This document shows positions 11,427 to 22,400 of a stretch of DNA of 64,000 nt, piece after piece. Made by a program: the position numbers and the translations under genes. The notes under the pieces are model-generated. The model worked only from the letters and a program-made list of their open reading frames with translations. It ran no database searches and was not told where the DNA came from. The stretch's first letter is position 1. Every line of letters begins with the position of its first letter. This DNA comes from Harriotta raleighana (lineage: Eukaryota), in the NCBI GenBank assembly GCA_050575255.1, contig JBNZDD010013686.1, positions 4,026,801-4,090,800 of the forward strand. Reading direction: 5' to 3'.

Positions 11427-11774
11427 ACCATTTTTTCTTAAAATGTTCTGTCTTGAATCGACTGACTGTATCACTAATTTATGTGACTGTTATCATCAGA
11501 AAGGAAGATTTCACTAAACTAAATTGATTCAGATAATATCAGAAACGGACAAAACAAGAGGAGATCATCTCTCTACAACTCACCTGGTTTTGAACCAATC
11601 GACAGAGGCCTAACTCACTAAGGAAACAACTCTTGTCAGAGGGAATGTGTAAGGATGAAAAAAAAAGCCCCATGGATTGACTTGAGCCCTATCTGCACTT
11701 GGCTTTAAATTTCAGGTTGATCTTTTTAAAAAAAATGGGCCATCAATATGTTATGAAACAACATGTGGCAACTG

Positions 11775-11996
11775 GAGTAGTAGAGTCCGGTGTATTTGCC
11801 CCCACTCTGTTATTTTCATGTCTGAATTAAACTCTTGAGAGATGGCGAGTAAAGAAAGGCCCACCATTTGATTATAGTCAGAAAANGAGTAGTAGAGTCC
11901 GGTGTATTTGCCCCCACTCTGTTATTTTCATGTCTGAATTAAACTCTGAGAGATGGCGAGTAAAGAAAGGCCCACCATTTGATTATAGTCAGAAAA
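11775..11996. repeat. ~110-bp duplication flanking N at 11886 (probable assembly artefact)
   Basis: 11775-11885 is repeated at 11887-11996 with a 1-nt indel, separated exactly by an N. Confidence 0.85.
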
Positions 11997-12104
11997 TTAC
12001 CAAAAGATTGACTGATTGAAACCATTCGTGTCAGTCTCAGCAACAGTTAATGTGAGTGCAGTTAGCATTGGAGTTTGTTACATTCTTCAATGTACACATA
12101 ATAA

Positions 12105-12365
12105 TAAATAATAACACTTAATAATAATAATCTTTGCATTTGATATAGTGCCACTCACATCTTCTAGACAACTTAAAGTGCTTCACAGAATATACTGTAA
12201 AGTGACTTGACTGTATATTTGCAGGCGGAATATGGCAGCCAATTGCACATAGCAGTTATCCTACAAACAGCCATGGATTGAGTGACCAATCCTTTTTTTT
12301 GAGTGATTGTTATTAGAGTAAGGAGTAAGGAAACTTGCCCAAGGTTTTAACCTGCCGGGAATTGT
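12105..12365 (-). mobile_element. tRNA-SINE, near full length
   Basis: (aat)n ctttgcatttgatatagtgc...cacagaatatactgtaaagtga...ggcagccaattgcac...ggagtaaggaaacttgcccaagg. Confidence 0.85.
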
Positions 12366-12379
12366 CAAATATCATATGC

Positions 12380-12540
12380 AAGGATTATTATTATTTGATA
12401 AAACTCCTTAACATCTTGAAACATCTCAACATGCTTCAAACGGGTGTTTTTGTGTAAAGTATAGTGACCACACAGAAGGTGAACACAGGAATCAATTTGT
12501 CCCACATGAGGCAATGAAATGAATAGCCAATTTTTTGGTT
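12380..12540 (-). mobile_element. Diverged SINE tail fragment(s)
   Basis: tgcaaggattattattatttgata...acatctcaacatgcttca...gtaaagtatagtgac. Confidence 0.55.
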
Positions 12541-13019
12541 GAAATACATAGATATTTTGCTTTGGTTTCTTAAATCAATAGAGCAATGTGAATATCAAAA
12601 TAAATGTTCAATCAGGTGTGTGCCATGCCAGGACTAGTCTGTTCTTCTCTCTGATGTGTCAGCCTCTTATCTATGAAGTTGGTCCTCACTCTACATGCAG
12701 TTCACATCAAGATATATTTAGCTGCATAATTTATTGAGTTAATTACAAGGAAAATGAAGAGTAAAGCTGCAGGAAATAAGATAAGATACAAACGCATTCA
12801 AGGTTCTTAGATAGAACAAATGCTGTGTTTTGTAAATGTTCTGCCAACAATTTTAAATAGATTTAGGACACCAATAATTTGTTAAACTAATGGGCATCTG
12901 ACAAACTATTGATGGTGTGTTTGTCACATATTCTGGGCAGCTAAATATTTTCTTCCTTCAGTGCTCTGTGTGTGGTCCCTTTGAAGCTCAAACACAATCT
13001 AAGCAACATTGTGTGGCAG

Positions 13020-13140
13020 AGAAATAAATTACATGGAATCCATGGCACTGAAACAGGCCATTTTGCTCAACTAATCTACACTGGTGTTCATACTCAACAT
13101 GAGTGGTCACCCATCCTAATCTCCCTCTCCCCTCCCCCAC
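13020..13140 (-). mobile_element. CR1-type LINE 3' end fragment
   Basis: ggcactgaaacaggccattttgctcaac...ctggtgttcatactc; related copies at ~34620 and ~37530. Confidence 0.55.
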
Positions 13141-13184
13141 AACCCTTTATTTTTTTCCTCAAATTTCAAATCTTTATTGTATGA

Positions 13185-13555
13185 GAATGGATGTTGAGTA
13201 CGTTCCAAAGTGCTGTACAGAATTTACTGTGCAATGTTGTGACTGTGTGTTTTGTCAGAGAACATAGCAGCCAGTTTGTAATAGACTAATTTTATTGGGA
13301 GGTGGGTGTTTGCTGGGCATGCCAGGAGAAACGCGTTTCTTGATCCAAATTGTGCCATGGGATCTTTAATATTCACTTGAACAGGCAGATGGGACACTTG
13401 GTGTAACGCTTCATCCGAAGAATGGCATCGCTGACAATGCAGTGTACCCCCAATGGAGTTGCTAAGTCAGCTTAAACGAGTTCAAAGTCTCAACGTGGCT
13501 TGAACCCACCGCTTTCTGACTCAGTGGCGAGAGTTCTAGTGCCTGCCAGGCTGCT
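13185..13555 (-). mobile_element. Deu-domain SINE (SacSINE1/AmnSINE1-like)
   Basis: gtgccatgggatctttaatattcacttgaacaggcagatggg...catccgaagaatggcatcgctgacaatgcag...ggcttgaacccaccgctttctgactcag: reverse of a tRNA head (B box) plus the DeuSINE central domain, as I recall it. Confidence 0.8.
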
Positions 13556-14434
13556 ACCTTTATTCAATGAAAACAAATTAAAACAGATTAAATCCCCCAA
13601 ATCCTGAACAATCCTGCGTGTGCATTTTGCATTCAGTTGCAAACATTAGTCAGACTGTGCAAATTAAAATTCAGTGATATGCTTGCATATAATAAACAAT
13701 AATTGCAGAGCAGGGAGTGAAGCACAGCTGATAAATAATTTCCGAAACAAGGTGTCAGGAACCTGGATTTACAAATTTCATGCATTTCATTTATTTTTTG
13801 GCCGGCATTCAAGAACCTTGACAGTAAGATTTATTGATTTAATTGCCTGAGGTAACCATGCAATAAAATCATCTAAAAGATAAATTTTCATGGCACTCTG
13901 CTGCATTAGAGTAATTTTTCAAGTGCTATGGCTATATTTCTGCAGGTTACAGGTGTAGCAGTGTTTTTTGAAGTGACACTGTCATTTTTCTACGTTGGAC
14001 ACAAAGAAGTTAGCACTGACTCTGTAATTGCACTTTTTAAAAAGGCCTGAGCAAATCCTTCAGGATGACTCCCCGTACCATGATCAAGTTGAGCCTATAT
14101 TTTTTTGCTGCCTTACATCTTGAACATGAAAAATGTGTTAACGTAAAAGTGCAGTTTACATTTAGACTGAATACTCTCCTTTAATCTTGTCATTCTTGTG
14201 CTGGAGTTATTTAATTGCCTCTCTTGGGAAGCTGGTCTCTCTTCTCACTGCATCTGGCTGTAACAAAAGAGGCAGCTAGTGAACCTATCAACTCTATCAG
14301 TGCCCTGTGCCTTGCCTGGGGAATGGGGTCAGGCTGCAACTAGGGTGATAGCAAGTGGCTACAGTTTACTCAGCTGGCCCATGTTTCGATGGCGTGTCCT
14401 GACAATGGCACAAATGTCACTGCAATCCACGTTT

Positions 14435-14725
14435 GTAATAATCAAGCTTGCATTTGATACAGCGCCTTACCATGTCACTGAGACGTCTCAAAACGCTTCC
14501 AACAGAATATACTGTAAAGTGTAGTTACTGTGCATTGCTTGGGCGAAACGAGGCAGCCAATCGCACACAGCAGCGTCCCACAAACAATTGAGTGACCAAA
14601 TTATTGGGGTTTGGTTTATTACGACCGCCAGAAAGTGATCCACCAATTGATTAACAACTGGGTTCTTGCTTACTGCTAGGTAAACAGAGGTATATGTGTG
14701 TGTGGAGTAAGGACATTTGTCTACC
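14435..14725 (-). mobile_element. tRNA-SINE, long internal variant
   Basis: Family tail and body (cttgcatttgatacagcgcc...ggcagccaatcgcacacagcagcgtcccacaaac) plus an extra segment before gtggagtaaggacatttg. Confidence 0.82.
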
Positions 14726-14779
14726 GAGTTCTATCGATGAAACCCAGAGTTCAGCCTGTGGGTGTGATCTCAGCATGGC

Positions 14780-14930
14780 CCTGAAGCGTCTCAAAGTGCT
14801 TCACAGATTATACCAAACAATGTAGTGACTGTGCATTTTGTGAGCGGAAATTTCCCACAGCAGTGTCTCACAAACAGTCGTGGATTAACCCTTAGTGGGC
14901 TGAAAATAGATTTATTTGCCCAGGCACTCC
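14780..14930 (-). mobile_element. SINE fragment
   Basis: gcgtctcaaagtgcttcacaga...tgtagtgactgtgcattttgtgagcgg...cagcagtgtctcacaaacagtcgtgg. Confidence 0.75.
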
Positions 14931-15877
14931 ACTCTCCTGAGGACAAACTACAAATTACATTCAGCTGTTGGCAGGCAGCCTCTTCCTGTTTCCCACGCTT
15001 AATAAGATATCTGATGATTGCCTAGGTGGTGTCCGTTGATCCCACCAGGAATCATCAGGCATTTGGTTGACTAAAGCTGGGTTGCTAAAGTGATTCATTC
15101 TTAGCCAAAATCTAGCTGGTGTGTGTGTGTTTTTTTTTGGAATAAGGTAATAAAATGGTTGCTTGGTTTTTTTTTGTGTAACAGATGTAAAGCACAGAAG
15201 TGATAGATTTAGTGTTGGTGAAAAAGTGTGGAAAGGAACTGTAAAATGTTTTAAATCATTCATTAGAAGCAAATGATTGATTTGCTATTTGAAACTAACC
15301 TTTGAGGTTTGAGCTTCACATGGAATGTGGAATTCTCAGCCACAAACCTAGTGTTGAACTAGTCAGTGATTTTTTATATGTTAAATATTGGAATTAGATA
15401 GATGCTTGAAATGGAGTAACCTGGAGAAGTAGGAGAACTGGATTTGATTAGGTATGTATGATATGGTAAGAAATAACAGCACACTTAATAGATTGACTGG
15501 CTTGTTTCTTTGCTGTAACACTCTTTGATTATATTGAAATGCAGAAACCTGCTCTGGGCGTTCATTTACAAGACAGCTAGAGGCCTCTGGCAGTGTGGGC
15601 ATTACTGATTTAGTAGAAAGTTAACAAGTGAGAAAGGTCTTTATTTCTGTGTGCTCTTAATGGGAATTCAGCATGATATTTAAGTAATAAGGTGGGTGGG
15701 TCACAGGATTAATGTGGATGAAAAAGCCTTTCAGCCCCTCAGAAATAGAAAAAAAAAGTTTACAGTACAGAATGAGGCCATTTGTCCTGCTCTATTGTTA
15801 ATGTACAGCTCTGAGTGTTTGACTATCTATTTAGGTGCTAACAATTCTACTGGAGCTATCCACTTGAATTCCATACT

Positions 15878-16472
15878 CTGTAACATTGCCCGACTCCGCC
15901 ACTATCTCACCTGTCAGGCTGCTGAAACTTTCATTCATGCCTTCATCACATCCAGGCTCGACTACGCTAATGCCCTGCTTGTCTGCGTTCCCAATTCCTC
16001 TCTCCAAAGGCTGCAGATCATCCAGAACTCTGCGACCCGTGTCCTCTACCATTCCAACCTCCGTGATCCCATCTCCCGATTCTCGTCCAACTCCTGGCTC
16101 CCCATCACCCAAAAGATACAAATCCCTCCACACCTCTGCACTCCCCTACCTCTCCGACCTCCTCTCCTCAAACCAATACTCGTTCCATTTGCTCCTCTAG
16201 GTCTGGCCTCCTGCTTGTCCTCCAAATCCTCCGCTCCACCATTGGCAGCTGTGCCTTCAGCCACTATGCCCCGAGGCTCTGGAACTCCCTTCCTCACTCC
16301 CTTCGCCTCTCCCGTTCTCTTCCCAGCTTCAGGTCTGAGCTCAAGACCTTTCTCTTCGACTGTGCCTTTGGTCATCTTTCTCCCCCTGGCTCGGGCCCAG
16401 GAGTATTATTGTGAATCGCTCTGAGACGCCATCCGGAGTGGAGGGTGCTACATAAATCAAAGTTATTGTTGT
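15878..16472 (+). mobile_element. L2 LINE 3' fragment (degenerate ORF2 C-terminus plus tail)
   Basis: Reads NIARLRHYLTCQAAETFIHAFITSRLDYANALL..P...LQRLQIIQNSATRVL (typical L2 ORF2 post-RT region), then frameshifts; ends gctctgagacgcc...gggtgctacataaatcaaagttattgttgt. Confidence 0.92.
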
Positions 16473-16710
16473 AACCTCTGGAATTCCATCCCACAGTCCC
16501 TCCACCTCACCCCCTCCCTGGCTTCCTTCAAGTCCCGCATCAAGACCCTTCTCTTCGACAGTCCCATTGGTCACCCCAAATCCTCTCCTTTCCCTCCATA
16601 TTCCCCGATCCCGACCCCAGCTCGGGTCTGAAACCTTGACTGTCCAGCGCCTTGGAATGTGCTCCCAATGAGAAAAGCACTACACAAATGTAGTTTTGTT
16701 GTTGTTGCTG
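16473..16710 (+). mobile_element. Second L2 3' end directly abutting the first
   Basis: ctctggaattccatccc...ccttcaagtcccgcatcaagacccttctcttcgac (LWNS.P...FKS.LKT.LF motif) with (gtt)n tail. Confidence 0.85.
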
Positions 16711-16982
16711 TACAATTCCCTTTGAAATGCTCCTTTGAATTCTATTTCAATACCCATTTTTGGCAAGAAAAAATCCACCTTTTAAAAGCCCCATTCCTAC
16801 TTGTGGTTACCTGTAAGAGAAACATAGAATTAAAATACATCATCAGTCCCACATTGATGTGGCATGCATGTTCTTACAAATCCTCCCTGTGAATCATTTG
16901 CCTGGAACATAGTTTACTTAACAGTAAATCCTGTGAAGTGCTTGAGATGTCCTCCTTTCATGAAAAGCGCTATATCAATGTA

Positions 16983-17365
16983 GTTCTGTAGCTCAGTGGT
17001 TAAAGCACTCACATCACAAGCAAGAGACCTGGATTTAATTTCTGGCAGGACAAAACTTTCGTCAAATTTCCATACTCCACATGCCTGATAAGAAATAATC
17101 CCTCAAGAAAAAAAAATTGGTTACTTTAATTAGTCAGTCAGTGTTTCAGCTTTGATCTGAAACAACGCCATGGGACATCCTCCGGACCAAATGTAATTTT
17201 GTTGTTGTTGTTCATCTACGATTGTTCGTGCGACACTGCTGTACAGAATAGGCTGCTTTGTTTCACCCACATAGACCATACACTTTACAGTAAATTCTGA
17301 GAAACGCTTTGAGACGTCTAGAAGGCATGAAAAGTGCTATATCGAATGCAAGTATTATTGTTATT
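16983..17365 (+). mobile_element. tRNA-SINE, full length, interrupted by a short L2-tail-like insert (~17130-17212)
   Basis: Head gtagctcagtggttaaagcac...; insert ending aaatgtaattttgttgttgttgtt; then body and tail aacgctttgagacgtctagaaggcatgaaaagtgctatatcgaatgcaag. Confidence 0.82.
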
Positions 17366-18521
17366 AAAATAAATCTTCCTGGCTCCTTTACAATTTTTAG
17401 CTCTGTGTCTACAATAAGATACGCTTTCTTTTCCCAAGGTGAACCTAAAAAGGTTTCACTGTTTGCTCGCGAATTGTACATCCACTTGCTTGAACACTTG
17501 GGATCAATCTGAGCCTTTTTCCTTTCGTTTATAAAAAAAACAGAAATGTTCCCATTACTAATACAGTACAAGTCAACATTTCCAATCATTAAAGTGTATC
17601 AAATTTGCATTTGTAAAGCGCCTTTCAAGTAAGGAGGACATCTTGAAATGCTTCACACTTGAGCTGGGGGGTGGGAGTTAAAGTGAAAGGTGTTAATTCA
17701 GATGTTCATTATGTTGAGTGTTATGAGTCCCTGCAAAATGTGAATGTGACTCATTCAATATTTCTCATACTTGGGATCAGCTGTAACACCAACCAATCAC
17801 CAGTTTCACTTTGAGTTCTTTTTACACTAAAAATGTTAACATGTCGATGTAATGTTCTTAGAGATTTAGCAATCATTTCGGAACAAAGTCGTTTTGTCGT
17901 GCGAATAGGTGTTTCCCTGAGCTCCAATTTACCACCAAAGTGGGATAATCATAAGCTTCCATACACAAGAGCATGCTGAGAATTGTTGACCAAAAGGCTT
18001 TATCTTTGTCATGGTGCCAGAATCTGTGAACTATAGAATTTGCCTATTATTCCAGTCGTTTATTTATCCAATTCAGTCGAATTGCGTGCAACCAAACTGA
18101 AGCAAGAAAGAGTGTATGTAAAGTGACACCCACTGACGGGCCTTTTCCACATTCCTTCAGAGTTGTTCTTAATCGTGTGAGACACTCAACCCTGTTTAAA
18201 TGCATACTGGATTGGTCTTTTCCAGGAGTGGTAAATTGCAAACCTCAATTGTGATACATTCTGGAAGAGGATTACCAGATAAATGGTAACTCTGTACCTA
18301 AAACATGCCAATTTAAACTCTAGGTGTCAAAATGTCCTAGGGATCAGGAAGGGAGGCTTCTTTCTGTGAACCTGTACTGACATTTCCTTGAGTTTAACCT
18401 ATTGGATTAGACATCATAGATAAATAGTCATTTTTCATTTGAGATTAGGGAGTGCTAATCTCTTTACCCTTTATGCTTCTGGGTTCTGCAGGTTCTAATC
18501 CATTCCACCAAAGCAGAAAAT

Positions 18522-18803
18522 AAAAATAATAATAATCCTTGTATTTTATACAGCGCTTTTCTTCTAGACGTCTAAAAGGGCTTCACAGAATATAGTGTAA
18601 ACTGAATTGACTGTATATTTGGGGGTAAAATACGGCAGTCAATTGAGCAGTGTCCCACAAACTGTCGTGGATTTAAATGATCCATTTTAAAAATTATTTG
18701 TTTTGGAAGGATTATTATTAGGTATGTGGAAACTTGCTGAAGGTTTTGCCCTGCCTGGAATTGAACCCAGGTCTCTCTCTCTTGGAAGGCAAGTGCTCTA
18801 ACA
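18522..18803 (-). mobile_element. tRNA-SINE, near full length
   Basis: Tail (aat)n ccttgtatttt...; head on the reverse strand reads gttagagcacttgccttccaag...cctgggttcaattccaggcaggg. Confidence 0.88.
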
Positions 18804-18884
18804 AGACTCCACAATGAAATAAAATGAAAATGTGTCATTTTTTGCAAATAAATGTGGTGCCAGGCAAGGATTTTCCAAGTGGAA

Positions 18885-18996
18885 AAGCCCACAAATATAC
18901 AATCAATTCACTTTACGGTAAATTCTGTGAAGCGCTTTGAGACGCCTGGAAGACGTGATAACAACAACAACAACAAAATTACATTTATAGAGCGCG
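18885..18996. mobile_element. SINE 3' fragment (+) joined to an L2 tail (-) that runs into the gap at 18997
   Basis: gcccacaaatatacaatcaattcactttac...gaagcgctttgagacgcc, then (aac)n aaaattacatttatagagcgc-N. Confidence 0.75.
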
Positions 18997-19803
18997 NTTG
19001 CTGCACTTTATTACTAGCTCCCACAGTCAACTAGCAGGTCACATTGTGGAGGAGTATTCCTGGTTAGACTCCAAAACGCCAGGATTAATATCAGTAGACT
19101 CAAAGAAAGGCAGCATTGATGAGCTGCCAGAGGGAAAAACAACAGGAAATCTTTATTAAATATGCAATACAAATACAATCAATAAATGTAATGCTGTAAA
19201 CATGCAACATACTGTGAAATATTTACTTGAAATAAATGAAAATAGGAAATACAATTGATATGCTTCAAAATGATGCAATTCATGTTCCATTGAAGAATTA
19301 TTATTATTAGAATAATGTGTTTTATTAGTCAATCATGAAATTAAACTAGTTGAAATGTGTGATAGTATAATTAAGACTGAAATAGCATGAATAATAATCC
19401 TTATATCAGAATAATATCTGGAAAAACACTGATGTTTTTAAAAATAAGAAATATACACATTATTGCCATTTATTGTAGCAAAACACTATTTATAATATAA
19501 AAAGATAACTTGTATTTGCAACTCATACTATTTTGGGATAAAATATATGTAATATAAATTGAAGAGCAAAGTTATAAATCGCATTCATTTATTTATTTAA
19601 GTTTTGTAGTTTTACAATATATACCAGTATAACACTCTCATAAAATTGATTATTCCATGTACTGTATAATCAGTCAGTTAAACACGAATAGAGAACTGGG
19701 TGTAACTCAATTCAACAGGCTGAATAAGAAGACAAGCAAGTAGGCAGTAGGTAACAGAATGGATACTATTTGCGATAAAGAATCACAGGATTTCTGAATT
19801 CAG

Positions 19804-20283
19804 GATAGAATTGTATTTTTAATAGAAAACCAGATCACACAATACATACCACTACAACTACTAAATCAAATAAGTGTATGACTACAACAGTATCGGAAAA
19901 GTTTGCAAAACAAAAATGCTGATGAAGACAAAATTGTGTTTTTTTTCATCAAGGATACTAATTTAGGATGACAAACTCAGCCACGGGCTGTGAGACATAT
20001 TTTCTGAGCCCTTCATTAATAAAAATATGGACCTTCTGAACNAGATAGAATTGTATTTTTAATAGAAAACCAGATCACACAATACATACCACTACAACTA
20101 CTAAATCAAATAAGTGTATGACTTTACAACAGTATCGGAAAAGTTTGCAAAACAAAAATGCTGATGAAGACACAATTGTGTTTTTTTTCGTCAAGGATAC
20201 TAATTTAGGATGACAAACTCAGCCACGGGCTGCGAGACATATTTTCTGAGCCCTTCATTAATAAAAATATGGACCTTCTGAAC
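19804..20283. repeat. ~240-bp duplication flanking N at 20042 (probable assembly artefact or allelic overlap)
   Basis: 19804-20041 is repeated at 20044-20283 with a 2-nt indel and three substitutions. Confidence 0.85.
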
Positions 20284-21869
20284 GATTCTTCTTTAAACTC
20301 AGTATTGAAGAAAATATAATTGATCTGGGCCATTAGGTCCACAGTGCTGCGATAAACACCAATATTTGGTAATGTGTAAGCACCCTATATAAAGGCTTTA
20401 ATAACATAAATAGATGGAGAAATCACTCAACAGAAAAATTGTACATCCAGCCATCTGTCAAAACAAATGTCACATGATTACTGTGGCGTTATACATTTAA
20501 CAATTACAAATATATTATGTTTTCACACGTCAAATGAAATGCAGATCAGCTAAAAGAGTTGGGCCTCTTCTAACAGTCATCTTCTCTCTTGAACCACTGT
20601 ATTTAATATCTTGTTTTTTGGCCTCACGGATAGAGCCACTAACTCTACAATCAGATTAAACAGCAACTCTAAGGGCAGTATAATATCCTTGGTGTAGGAT
20701 TCCTCCTACTGGAAAAAAAAAGTCATAATCAAATTAATCTCTTGATTGAAGAGCAATTTTTTTTATTGAGATGCATAATGTAAGTCATATCTGAGCATCC
20801 TGAGAATTTAATAGACAAGTTTCACAAATAATTCTCAAATGCGTGGAAGCTTACCAGGTTTCCTGTTACTCGTTTGTCAAACAATGTCCTGTCAACTTAA
20901 CCAAAACATTTCCCAGTATTGTGTTTTTTGGAGTGCATAACTACGTACAGTACACGTATGTACTCTAATTATGAAATCCTTGTGAGGTATACTTTGTTTT
21001 ACTCATAAATGTCTATTCCTGAATGTTTATACTCTGGAGAATATAAACAATGAGGGAAGGTTTCACAACATGAAGTGTGCTTGGAATCACGGAAAGGCCC
21101 ATATTGCTCAGCAAGGTTGGCAAGAGAGGAATATTTAACAAATGGTGCACTGATATCACAAGCGAAACGGGTACGGAAAGAAAAGGATTCAGCTGGAAAG
21201 CCTGAGATTGTGTTAATTCACAGACTTTGGCCAGTTTCTCCTATCAGACTTTATAATGTAGACTTGTCCCTTTATTGGAAATAGTGTGAGGATGTTTGTC
21301 TGACAGCTTGTTCGACAGCCATGATAGAGAAATCTCATCTATACAACCTGGTCATGAAATCATTCAACCCAGATGTAGTGTTGCCAGGCAAGGACTCAGC
21401 CACCTGTTCTAACTGAAGCAGGGTAATGAGCCGATTGCAGGCGTTCTCTCATATCTAAGCCAACCTGTAGACCTTTTCCTTCCATCTGTTCTTGCTAAAG
21501 GATAAACTCAAAGGCGTAATGCCACTCGTTAAATTATCTGAGAGCTGTGTTAATACAACTGGTGACTGATCTCAGGAAGCTCTCACCTCTTTTGATGGCA
21601 ACATGAACGAAAGCCTGATAACTTTACACAGCTGATAATCTCACATCTATATCACTGCGGTTGAAATCTCCAGAGTATAATTCAAATCTCGAGAGAAAAT
21701 ACTATTTTTTTAATATGAATGAGAGAAAACACTATTAAGCCAAGTCGTTAACATTTTGAAAGTTCACTTGAATTATTTTGTGTAGAATTCACAGCAGGTT
21801 ATCTCTCTGTTCCATCTCTTTCTATCCTTCCATCTCACACGCATTGCCTACAAAACAGAGTCGCGACAC

Positions 21870-21947
21870 TTGACAGTAAAACCTCTGAAGCGCTTTGAAA
21901 TGTCCTTCCAATATGAAACACTGTATCAAATGTAAGGAATATTATTA
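21870..21947 (+). mobile_element. SINE/L2 3' tail
   Basis: tgaagcgctttgaaatgtcc...tatcaaatgtaaggaatattatt. Confidence 0.65.
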
Positions 21948-22229
21948 CATATAGTAGTTACAAAATTGTATTTATACCCAATATTTGACTGGATAATAGT
22001 CATGTAGTTCAAATACCACTGTGGATGCATATGTGGATGCTAATTCTAGCACACAGAGTCTATTTGTGCTTATGAAGTTGTGGCTAAAATATTTCTAACA
22101 AACTCATTTGTATGCACTTATGAATAAATACATCTTTTTTGTGAAGTTAATATTTGTTGCAATAACAAAATTACATTTATATAGAACATTTCACATCAGG
22201 AGTATGAAGACAACATTTTTCTCTTATAT

Positions 22230-22400
22230 GAAATGAGCAAAGCGGAGGCATTTAGTTGTGAATGTACAACTTGAAAGACTCAGACTTTATTCATTGTAGC
22301 AGAGAAGGTTAAGAGGAATGGAATGGAAATGTTGAAAATTATTAAAGGGCTTCAAAGGATAAATAGCACCAAATTAAGAGATAAGGAAACCACCAGTCAA
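22230..22400 (+). mobile_element. CR1 ORF2 C-terminal remnant
   Basis: cttgaaagactcagactttattcattgtagcagagaaggttaagagga reads LERLRLYSL*QRRLRG, matching the CR1 motif L..LGLFSLE.RRLRGD. Confidence 0.75.

Larger units (their letters stand above)
5595..11445 (+). other. AFF2: Probable long AFF2 3' UTR
   Basis: Follows the stop codon; nearly free of the SINE/LINE fragments common on either side (only one MITE recognised); increasingly U-rich with TGTA motifs after ~10.2 kb; ends at tandem AATAAA. Mammalian AFF2 is known for a very long 3' UTR. The 3' end is inferred. Confidence 0.65.

Noticed and set aside
11775-11996. Biological tandem repeat downstream of the poly(A) site
   Set aside because: The copies abut an N exactly; best explained as contig-overlap duplication.
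15696-16424. Longest ORF (242 aa) as a host gene
   Set aside because: Its middle is L2 ORF2 C-terminal sequence, the rest is frameshifted or flanking DNA, and it ends in an L2 tail.
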